Part shown: positions 10,505 to 19,286 of the stretch, piece after piece
Layout: every line of letters starts with the position of its first letter
How positions within the stretch are numbered: position 1 is the first letter of the stretch
Origin: Chiloscyllium plagiosum
Taxonomy: Eukaryota
Direction of reading: 5' to 3'
Assembly: GCF_004010195.1 (NCBI RefSeq)
Contig: NC_057749.1
Location: 26,595,152 to 26,615,151 of the forward strand
DNA: 20,000 bases
The notes under the pieces: model-generated
What the model was told of the DNA's origin: nothing
What the model saw: only the letters and a program-made list of their open reading frames with translations
Databases searched by the model: none
Translations under genes and position numbers: made by a program

Positions 10505-11557
10505 CATAGTACAATACAGCATAGGACAGGCCCTTCAGCCCTTGATGCTGTGCTGGCCTTTTATCCTACTCTAAAATCAGACTAACCTACACACTCTTCA
10601 TTGTGCTATCTTCCATGTGCCTATACAAGTGTCACTTAAATGTCTTACTAATGTATCTGAATCTATTACCACTGCTAGCAGTGCATTACAAGCATCCACC
10701 ACTCTCTGTGTAAAGAACCTACCTCTGACATAATTATTTTTAAAATTAGAAATTACAGTATGGAAACAGGCCCTTCAGCCCAACAAGTCCACACCGACCC
10801 TCCAAAGAGCAACCCACCCAGACCCATTCCCCTACATTTACCCCTTCACCTAACACTACAGGCAATTTAGCATGGCCAATTCACTCAACCTGAACATTTT
10901 TGGACCGTGGGAGGAAACCGGAGCACACCCACACAGACTTGGGGAGAATGTGCAAACTCCACACAGACAGTCACCTGAGGTGGGAATATGAACCCAGGTC
11001 TCTGACGCTGTGAGGCAGCAGTGCTAACCACTGTGCCACCGTGTCATATCTCCCCTAAACCTTCCTCCAATCATCTTAAAATTATGCCACCCCATGATAG
11101 ACATTTCTGCCCTGGAAAAAGTCTCTGGCTATCCACTCTATTTATACCTCTCATCATCTTGTACACCTCTATCATGTTGCCTTTCACACTTTTTCGTTCC
11201 AATGAGAAAATTCTTATTTCCCTCAATCTTTATGCATAAGATATGTCCTCCAGTCTAGATAGCGTCCTGGTAAATCCCCTCTGCACTCTCTCTAAACCTT
11301 CCGCATCCTGCCCATGGGTGGTCTAATCAGGCTGTACAGAGATGCAGTATAACCTCGCTGCTCTTAAACCCCCCAATCTCCCTGCTCATGAATGCCAACA
11401 CAGTATGCCTTTTTAACAACCCTATTAACTTGGGTAATAATTTTGAGGGATCTATGGATATGGATCCCAAGATCCCACTGTTCCTCCACACTGCCAAGAA
11501 TCCTGCCTTTGACCCTGTACTCTGCACTCAAATTTGACCTTCCAAAATGAATCACTT
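10505..11557 (-). mobile_element. CR1/HER1 LINE 3' part, interrupted by a SINE
   Basis: ORF 11364..11660 contains VIHFGRSN..AEYRVKGRILGSVEEQWDLGIHIHRSLK...VVKKAY. The antisense 3' end is tacagcataggacaggcccttcagccc. Confidence 0.85.
10745..11044 (-). mobile_element. Full-length HE1-type V-SINE
   Basis: Reverse complement begins GACACGGTGGCACAGTGGTTAGCACTGCTGCCTCACAGCG (tRNA-like A box), then the B box, V-domain and CR1-like tail. Homologous to 6603-6894. Confidence 0.9.
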
Positions 11558-11580
11558 GAAAGGGCAGGCACACACACAAT

Positions 11581-11710
11581 AGGAGAAAGTGAGGTCTGCA
11601 GATGCTGGAGATCAAAGTTGAAACTTTATTGCTGGAACAGCACAGCAGGTCAGGCAGCATCCAGGGAACAGGAGATTCGACGTTTCGGGCACAGGCCCTT
11701 CTTCAGGAAT
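11581..11710 (-). mobile_element. About 130-bp non-autonomous Penelope-type element carrying a hammerhead motif
   Basis: Aligns end to end with 17691-17820. Flanked by direct repeat CACACAATAG (11573-82 and 11714-23). Confidence 0.8.
11675..11710 (-). ncRNA. Minimal type-I hammerhead ribozyme motif
   Basis: Minus strand reads AUUC-CUGAAGA-A-GGGC(cugu)GCCC-GAAA-CGUC^GAAU: conserved core boxes, 4-bp stem II, 4-bp stem I and palindromic ACGU helix III. Confidence 0.7.
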
Positions 11711-12126
11711 GGTCACACAATAGACCAAATAGCCTCTGTAACCATTTTATGATTACTGGCACTGGATTTTAATTCCAGAAGCCATTGGAACTCATGTCTC
11801 CACAGGATTAATCTCAATCTTTACATTCCAGGAGCATTACTGCTTTGCTGCTAGACCTTCTAGGTTTCATGTAGCTCTGTATCATGATGTTTCATCTATG
11901 TGTATGACTGTTTGGGTGTCTGGTCTTTTTCTCTGTGCCCATGTCTGGGTGTTGTTCTCATCTTTCCCAAGGATCTGGGCATCACAGGCCAGGCAAGCAT
12001 TTGTAGCCCATCCCTTACCCTCCTGGAGAAGATGAAATCTCCATCAGTACCTGTTTGTGTCTGAAAATGTGTTTGTAACTCTGAGTGTTTGGGTATGTGA
12101 CTATGATAGTATCTGAATGTTTGTTA

Positions 12127-12141
12127 GTGTGTGTGTGTGTG
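12127..12141. repeat. (GT)7 microsatellite
   Basis: Read directly; about 80 nt upstream of the exon A acceptor, within a TG-rich tract. Confidence 0.9.
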
Positions 12142-12224
12142 GTCAAATGTTTCACATAAAGAAGGGGGTCAATACAGATATATTGTTTGGGTGAGGGTTA
12201 CTTTATGTTTCTTCTCTTCAGGAT

Positions 12225-12331
12225 ATGGAGCCTCCAGCCAATAGTCGAGCGCTACTGTTAGGACTGATCCTGAGCTACGTCCTGGCTCCTTGCTTAGGAA
12301 CTGTTCCTCCTTTGCTCAAACACACACAAAG
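12225..12331 (+). CDS. pth2: pth2 (TIP39 precursor) coding exon A: signal peptide MEPPANSRALLLGLILSYVLAPCLGTVPPLLKHTQ plus 2 nt of a split codon
   Basis: A pyrimidine tract and acceptor (tttcttctcttcAG, AG at 12220-21) precede an exon starting at 12222, with ATG at 12225. The 35 codons include a hydrophobic core (ALLLGLILSYVLAPCLG). The donor is AAG|GTAAAA at 12332. The phase-2 end joins exon B in frame. The exon is too short for the ORF track. Confidence 0.9.
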
Positions 12332-12637
12332 GTAAAACACCCAGTCAGACAATTTACTGTTACTTACATAGTTTCCTTTCAGTATAAGTAGTGTCCTTTG
12401 TCTAGGTACTGAACAGTTTCTGCCTGCTTCTAGGGCGTAAGTTTGTATTTATGACGGCAGTGGGAATGAAATTGGTTTTTGATGAGTTGCTAATCAGTAA
12501 ATACAGGATCAATGTCGACCCCAGAGATACACCAGTCTATGACATCTGTTACACTGTCAATATGAGGAATGAATTTGAGGAATTTGGATGTTTTATACAA
12601 AGAATGAATTTCTCAAAATGCATCACATCCTGTTACT

Positions 12638-12720
12638 GGATCAGTGGTGCTGGAAGAGCACAGCAATTCAGGCAGCATCCGAAAAGCTTCGAAATCGACA
12701 TTTCGGGCAAAAGCCCTTTT
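12638..12720 (-). mobile_element. Truncated copy of the Penelope-type short element in the pth2 coding intron
   Basis: gctggaagagcacagcaattcaggcagcatcc...atcgacatttcgggcaaaagccctt matches 11630-11700; the CUGANGA box is lost. Confidence 0.7.
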
Positions 12721-12884
12721 TACCTCTTTTTACCTTTCACATCCTGTTAGTCAAAGAGAGTGGAGGAAGGGCACTAGGTAGTAATCAGCACATATTTTAC
12801 CTGATGTCATGAGAAATGACCAGGTTCAGGTCTCCCAGAGTCAGTCTATCCATGTTGTATACCTTTCTACTGTCATTTGTGGCA

Positions 12885-13025
12885 CGTTTATCCTGCCTTT
12901 GGGACAGGACATACACAGGGATGGTGATCAAGGAGTCTTCAACATCCTGTGTAAGGTATGATACAGCGGTATTACCTTGCCTGTGAGACAGCACTCCCAA
13001 TTTTGACCCAAATCCCAAGATGAGT
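12885..13025 (-). mobile_element. LINE fragment, same family as 6900-7055
   Basis: ggacaggacatacacagggatggtg...gtaaggtatgat...ctgtgagacagc matches 6945-7050. Confidence 0.65.
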
Positions 13026-13546
13026 GAGGGGGCTGTTTGTGATGATAGAATTGAACAGAAACAATGGACCTGAGGATGGAGTTGGCTCAAAATTTCACAT
13101 TCCTGAACAGGGGAAGGAAGGTTCTGGATGTTGTGGTGAGGATATAGTTTTGAGAACTATAAAAGTATGGTGAGGGGAGAAAATATTTTGGACAACAACC
13201 AACACTAGAACCTTTTAGATTGTGTCTGATTACGTTGAAGCAATCTGAGAGACATTTTCCTCAGATGTTTCTGGAATTGACTACAGATTGATGAATAGTT
13301 TAGCCTCTTATTGGAGGCATAGGTGAAGCTGAGATTTGGGGATGGGGCGGGGAGGAGGTGGGGTTAAATGAATTGGACTGGATTATGAATTCAGTGAGAA
13401 ATGGGGAAGTACACATGACCCTGATGACAAATTGGCACCCTGATTACTTAATATTTAATATGATCCCATCTGAGATTAAGTTACAGCCTAGAAATCCAAA
13501 TGTATGTTTGGATGCCTTGATGTGACATTGTTTTGTTTTATTGTAG

Positions 13547-14015
13547 TTCACTGTCTAGGTCCTGGAAAACTGGAAATTTGCCGGCACCAAGAGGAGTTGA
13601 ACAAGTGGAGAATATCTTGCAGCTTCCTCCAGGTTGGGATCCATCTGGCCCTTTGCATGATTGGGGCATTGAGATGATGTCATCAGTTCCCACACTTAAA
13701 GGACTCCTGAGAAAGAATTCTGGGATCTGGTGGATTCCAGTTTTAAGGCAACGTGGTAGATTCCCACTGCATTTCAAAAATCATGATGGTCAACCAAACA
13801 CAGAACCTGCAGACAGTACAGGTCTGACCAGCATTACCTTGGGAAAAAGCTGGTCGTCTGATTGGCTGGAACCAAGCACCAATGAAGAAGTGAAGAGAAG
13901 TTTTGTTGTGGCTGATGATGTTGCTTTTAGAGAAAAGAGCAAGTTGCTGACTGCGATGCAAAGGCAGAAATGGCTAAATGCTGTAATGAGGCAACTTGTG
14001 ATTAATAAAAAGTAA
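13547..14015 (+). CDS. pth2: pth2 coding exon B: pro-region, KR cleavage site (13893-13898) and mature TIP39-like peptide SFVVADDVAFREKSKLLTAMQRQKWLNAVMRQLVINKK (13899-14012); stop TAA at 14013-15
   Basis: Acceptor ttttgttttattgtAG (13545-46); AG+T rebuilds a Ser codon in the frame of ORF 13533..14015. The post-KR peptide aligns with TIP39 as recalled (human SLALADDAAFRERARLLAALERRHWLNSYMHKLLVLDAP; teleost-type VVADDAAFREKSKLLTAMERQKWLNSYM). The spliced product is 191 aa. Confidence 0.95.
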
Positions 14016-14088
14016 ATGCAATACAATTTATGAATATTGGTGTTCGTGAGTGTTTCAAATTCAGAAATGTAATTCATTGTCAAACTGC

Positions 14089-14094
14089 AATAAA
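14089..14094 (+). terminator. Polyadenylation signal AATAAA for pth2
   Basis: Canonical hexamer about 75 nt after the stop, with a T/GT-rich stretch (gtaagttttatgtttt) at about 14121-14136. Confidence 0.7.
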
Positions 14095-14298
14095 GCTCTC
14101 TTCAAAGACACCATAAACTTGTAAGTTTTATGTTTTCAAACATTGCTTCCAGGAAAACACTTATTTTAAACATTGGCAGCAACATTGTTTTCATTGAAAT
14201 CAAAGGTGCAATTCTAGCCCTTGAATTAAATCAGGGAGTGAGACAGTAGTCAGAGGTATTGAGATTAAGCAGTTTGGGGTTCCAGAAGCTACATTTCG

Positions 14299-14413
14299 GT
14301 GACTTTGGAAGCTGAGCTGATTTACAGCACTAGTAGATGACTTTGGAAGCTGAGCTGATTTACAGCACTAGTAGGTGACTTTGGAAGCTGAGCTGATTTA
14401 CAGCACTTAGTAG
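14299..14413. repeat. Three tandem copies of a 38-bp unit, GTGACTTTGGAAGCTGAGCTGATTTACAGCACTAGTAG
   Basis: Units start at 14299, 14337 (one substitution) and 14375 (one inserted T). Confidence 0.97.
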
Positions 14414-14639
14414 CAGGAACGAAGACACTGGTAAAAGTGAGCATTGTTCTCCTTATTATGGAGAAGATAAAGTTCTGCTGAACATGAGAAAGGCTATGAT
14501 ACAGTGGCTAGGGTCAAATAGTTTACATTGATAGGAACATTGGGGACTCAAACAGTACAGAAGACAGATGGGGACAATGGAGTTTCATAGTGGAACACTC
14601 CAGCAACAGCATACCAGAACTTCAAGACAATCAGGGGAC

Positions 14640-15490
14640 AAAGGTAAGACAGTGGCCATCACAAAGGAGAAGATGCTAGGGAAGCTGAAAGGCAGAAGGT
14701 TGATAAATCACTTGGACAAGATGGACTATATCCCAGAGTTCCAAAGGAGAAAGCTGAGAAGATTGTAGATGATCTTTCAGGAAACACTAGAATCAGAGAG
14801 GGTTCCAGAGGATTTGAAAATGGCTAATGTAACACCTCTGTTTAAGAAGGGAGGGAAGCAGAAGACAGGAAAGTATAGGCTGGTTAGCCTGACCTCAGTC
14901 ACTGGTACAATTTTAGAATCCATTTTAAAGGATGAGATTGCGGAGTACTTGAACATGTATGGTAAATAGGGCAGAGTTAGCATGGCTTCTTCAAGGAGAG
15001 GTCATGCCTGTCAAATCTGATAGAATTCTTTGAGGAGGTAATGAGAAAGTTAGACAAAGGAGAGGCAATGGGATGTGATCTATTTGGATTTCCAGAAGGC
15101 CTTTGACATAGTACTGAACAGGCCAAGATGTTAGGGGCAAGGTCAATACCTTGGATGGAGGATTGGCTGGCTGGCAGAAGGCAGAAAGTAGGGATAAAAG
15201 GGTCTTTTTCAGGATGACAGCTGGTTCCACAAGTGTCGTGTTGGGACCACAACTATTCACATTATACATGATGTTCAATGATCTGAATGTAGGAACTGAG
15301 AGCATTATTGTTCTGTTTGCAGATGACACAAAAAGAAGTGGAGGGACAGATAGTGTTGAGGAAGAGGAGAGGCTGCAGAAGGACTGCGACAGGCGAGGAA
15401 AGTGGACAAAGATGTCTGATAAAGTCTGAAAAAGGGAGGACTTTTTTTCGCCAGAGGGTGGTGAATATGTAGAACCCATTGCCATAGATT
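14640..15490 (+). mobile_element. CR1-type LINE RT region, frameshifted
   Basis: VPEDLKMANVTPLFKKGGKQKTGKYRLVSLTSV (14769..14969) and VLGPQLFTLY..NDL...LFADDTK (15151..15429, RT catalytic motif). Confidence 0.9.
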
Positions 15491-15857
15491 GCAGATGAGC
15501 TGGAGCCAGGGGACTGGCAATAAGTAGCAGATTGGTCTATGGACTAGTGAGCATTTATCGATGACAAAGGCCTGCTGGCTGCCAACAGTTATGTGATTGT
15601 CTCCAGATCACTGAACAGATTGGAGATGACTCTTTGGCAGAAGCAATGGATCCCTGGAAAGGTCAAAACTGTTTTTTCCTCTGCAATTAAAAGCCAGAAG
15701 AAACATTGTTTATTTTTCTGTCGATATTTGCTGTGAGCTGCAGCTCCTATTCAGCAATCCAGAGACCCACTCATCCTGTACCTTCTGGGAGTGAACGAAT
15801 GTGGTTGGAAAAGGAGGAACATGGAGCAGTATGACCTGACAATACAAAAGGACCACC

Positions 15858-16190
15858 AGTTTCCTCATTTCCCCTCCCCCACACCTTATCCCACTTCCAA
15901 CCTTCCAACTCGGCACCACCCTCTTGACCTGTCCTATCTGTCCATCTTCCTTCCCATCTAGCCGCTCCACCCTCCACTCCGACCTATCACCATCACCTTC
16001 CACCTTCATCTACTTTTTGCTTTCTCAGCTACCTTCCCCCCAGCCCCAGCCCCACCCCCTTCCATTTAACTCTCAGGCCCCTCAGGCCACCCCCTCGTTC
16101 CTGATGAAGAATTGATGCTCGTAACATTGATTCTCCTGCTCCTCGGATACTGCCTGACCAGCTGTGCTTTTCCAGCAACACACTCTTTGA
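15858..16190 (+). mobile_element. Longer Penelope-type terminal fragment: C-rich tract followed by a degenerate hammerhead unit
   Basis: ttcCTGATGAagaattgatgctcGTAAcattgattctcctgctcctcggatactgcctgaccagctgtgcttttccagcaacac aligns with 17692-17775. Confidence 0.75.
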
Positions 16191-16929
16191 ATCCAAAAGG
16201 ACTATCTCAGTCTCCTTCAAGGAACAATCAAATCATTAACTGTTTATTAATTCCAATGCAAACTAGAGAGCTTTATTTCAGAAAATTACATTGTGGGTTT
16301 GCAGTACTTGAGTAATTCAAGAGGTGGGAGATTGCAGGTGTAGTGAGGCACTCACTGCCCACATAGTCACAGTGTCTGGGACATCAATAGTAACAATGCT
16401 GTGAAGTGCTTCTGTCATAGAATAGGATCATGTTTTTTAAAAAATCATTTAAAATTCTGGATTGTGGTATTCACACAATCCTAATTCAACACTTGCCCAC
16501 TCTGGTCTTGCTGTCTCACTGCCTTACCCTGGCTCACTGTCCTGTTCCATCGCTGTTAAACATTTCCCAGGTTGGGCAGGGGATGGAGTGAGGAGATGGG
16601 CTTGACCAGCATGATGAATGGAGTGATGCGCTGTGTGGGTTCTGGAGCACTGAGAGCAGTGGTGATGAGAGCAGTGATTGAAAGTGGAGCATGGGTGTTC
16701 CTCAGACTTATAGTTACCAGTGATCATTTCCATGCATGGTATTACTGCCTGTTGTAGTATAGTGACAGGCGATACATAAATTTGAGACAAGGTGGTCTGG
16801 GATGCCTCAGGGAAGAGGTGATTTTTAAACCGATCAGTTTGCAAATAACTCACTCTGGTTCAATTGAGACAGACAACTCCCCTTACATTTCTTTAAGGCA
16901 GCCTGTCATTCTTCAAGGGGAGTTGCAGT

Positions 16930-17445
16930 CATTACACTATTGCTGACTGAAGGCAAATGTGCACCAGTTCAGAGAGAGGTCCCCGAGGTTGTTGGATGTA
17001 GTACTTCACACCATAGCCCAAGATGTTAACATGAGGAGGGAGAGTTAGGAAGCTCTCAAGAAACATCCTGAGAATGGTCATCAATTCCAAGAGTCTGGCC
17101 CCAGACTCTGGGCAGCAATGCCACATGGTCAGATACCTCAGTAGGTAGTCAATGTTAGTGAATGTATCTTCAACATCCTCCTTAAGCTGCTCAATGCACT
17201 ACACTCACATCACTCACCCACCAGCAGTCCCTGGCATTTAGGACTTAGACCAAAGATGCCATTTCTCATATATTTACCAATGATACCAATTCCACACTCA
17301 ACTCTTACTACCCTCATGGACCTCTAGCTATTCAGGCACACAATGTTACACACTTGTTGACAAATCTTCTGTTTCTCTTGCAGATCAAAACTGCCATAAC
17401 TGTAAAGAGCAAAGCAGAACCCACAGCTTGCTTGGGGGTGTAACT
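16930..17445 (+). mobile_element. Possible degraded Harbinger-type Myb/SANT-like ORF remnant
   Basis: INSKSLAPDSGQQCH (about 17079-17123) and, after acceptor-like tttctcttgcAG (17383), a frameshifted HNCKEQSRT..GG resemble MSANTD motifs VN..S..PR...QC and HN.RE...TGGG. Recognition is weak. Confidence 0.35.
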
Positions 17446-17689
17446 GTGAATGCTTATGTGAAGGTGGTAACTATCTACACAATCCAAGTTGTCAGAAGAT
17501 GCATTAACTCAGCATGAAAAGTTGTTTGTTGTCATAATTTGTTCCCCCTGCTTCCAGTGCATGTAAGCATGCCATTAGCATCCTTACAAAACTGAGGGAC
17601 CACGCAGTATACGGTGAGGGATTCAAAATTCTACCCTCATGATTTTGGGAGTTTATGACTCCAGGTGACACAATGTAGTTGAATATTTG

Positions 17690-17725
17690 GGTCCTGAAGA
17701 AGGGCTTATGCCCGAAACGTCGATT
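17690..17725 (+). ncRNA. Minimal type-I hammerhead ribozyme motif
   Basis: GGUC-CUGAAGA(17694-700)-A-GGGC(uuau)GCCC-GAAA-CGUC^GAUU; predicted cleavage after C17721. Stem I includes G-U pairs. Confidence 0.7.
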
Positions 17726-17820
17726 CTCCTGTTCCCTGGATGCTGCCTGACCTGCTGCGCTTTTCCAGCAACACATCTCCAGCTCTGATCTCCAGCATCT
17801 GCAGACCTCACTTTCTCCTC
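17691..17820 (+). mobile_element. About 130-bp Penelope-type element carrying a hammerhead motif
   Basis: Inverted homologue of 11581-11710. TGAATAT occurs on both sides (17680-86 and 17823-29). Confidence 0.8.
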
Positions 17821-18074
17821 CATGAATATCAAGCCAAGGTTTGCCTTAAGTTATGTCTGAGTCTGTTAAGGACTAACTTATATCCTTACAAAGACTTTAT
17901 TATTGCTAGGAGGACTTAGGTTTCTAGACTTTCTAGTGATCTCATGTCGAGTAATAACTGCTTGCTTCTTTATAAACTCTGCTGGGGATTTTTTGGACAA
18001 TGGCTGGCATGGAGAAATTCTTGCTTTATTAAGATGAGTTAGAAGATAATTGTTAAGAACAAGCTGGGTTAATG

Positions 18075-18265
18075 GGAACAAAAACAGGAATTCCTGGAAA
18101 CTCAGCAGGTTTGGCAGCATCTATGGAGACAAAACAGAGTTAATGTTTCTAGTCTGGTGACTATTCTTTAGATCTGACCCTTCTCTCAACAGATGCTGCT
18201 GAGTTTCTCCAGCAATTTCTGTCTTTGATTCAGATTTCCATCATCCATAGTTCTTTGCTTTGTTT
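18075..18265. mobile_element. Head-to-head (fold-back) pair of a related Penelope-type short element
   Basis: Left arm ctggaaactcagcag..gcagcatctatggaga is complementary to right arm tctcaacagatgctgctgagtttctccag. A decayed ribozyme-like segment (aatgtttctagtc..gactattctttag) lies between them. Confidence 0.6.
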
Positions 18266-18554
18266 TTAAGTTATAAGGAAACCTGCAATGAACAAGATGA
18301 TCTCAGTTGATCTATCCCATTTCTGAAAAGAAAACTCTCTACATCAGTTCTGGATGAACCTAGTTGTTCATTTGAAAGACTGATCAAAAGAACTTCTTAA
18401 GATTGCATTTCCTGAGTAATTAGTGTGTAAATAGTGATGACGGTTTGTGCAAGAACATCTGAGAACTAAACTCTGAAACATCTCATACTTAATCCCTCTG
18501 CTTTCAAAAAAAGCCCATTTGGACAATTTGTTTTCTTCATAAAGCCAACTGCTT

Positions 18555-18970
18555 CAGAGAATTTTGCATCTGTATTCACAATAGAGAAGGACAATGTGTG
18601 CCTAGCATTCTGTCTGGGGGACTGTGATATTGTTGAACACATTAAACTTGGTAGGGAGCAGTAGCCATGAAACTGGATAGATTGCCAGGTATAGACAGTG
18701 CCCAAGAATGCAAAGGATCTGACATTAATTTTCAAATTCTCTTTGGTCATGACAGAGATGCCAGAGCACTTGAAAGCAGGTAATATGGTACATTATTCAA
18801 GAAGAGTGGTAGGGATAAACCAGGAAGTGACAAATCAGTGAGTCTAACATTGTTAAGGAAACTAATGGAAACAATTCGAAGGGACAGAATTAATTACCAT
18901 TTGGGAAGGCAAGGATTAATCAAGGTTTAGTGAAAGGGAGATGATAGATTGGCCAAGTTGTTCAATTTCA
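18555..18970 (+). mobile_element. Degraded CR1 ORF2 fragment
   Basis: Translates as NFASVFTIEKD and LFKKSGRDKPGSDKSVSLT. Confidence 0.7.
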
Positions 18971-19004
18971 TCTGCATGAATGGGTCATCTTGGGTTCTTC
19001 TTTT

Positions 19005-19286
19005 GAAATATAGAATTGTACAGCTCAGAAGGCCATTTAGCCTGTTATGTGCACCCCAATCTTTTGACAGAACTATCTAAATGGATCCTATCCAAATCTA
19101 GAATACAATATAACATCATGCAATTCCCTTTAAAATTGACTAATTTACCATTCCTTTCAAGTAATGCATTCAGGATCACATCAACCCACCAATGAATAGA
19201 ATTCTCTTCATAAGACCATAATATATGGGAGTAGATTTAAGCCATTCGGCCAATTGAGTATACTCCAACCAATCATGGCTGATATG
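19005..19286 (-). mobile_element. Two CR1-type 3'-end fragments
   Basis: atagaattgtacagctcagaaggccatttagcc, and cataagaccataa..ggagtaga..gccattcggcc..aatcatggctgatatg. Confidence 0.6.

Noticed and set aside
13533..13546. ORF-track start (MFYCS) for the 160-aa ORF
   Set aside because: It is a TTG inside the intron's pyrimidine tract; the real N-terminus comes from exon 12225-12331.
14004..14009. AATAAA as the poly(A) signal
   Set aside because: It lies within the final codons (Asn-Lys); 14089-94 is better placed.
14299..14413. CRISPR-like repeats
   Set aside because: Units are adjacent with no spacers, there are no cas genes and the context is vertebrate.
14568..15520. Functional reverse transcriptase gene
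   Set aside because: Multiple stops, frameshifts and deletions mark it as a dead CR1 copy; the same applies to the other LINE ORFs.
11581..17820. Composite transposon carrying pth2 between inverted repeats
   Set aside because: Each copy has its own flanking direct repeat, the copies are diverged and the family is common here, so independent insertions are simpler.
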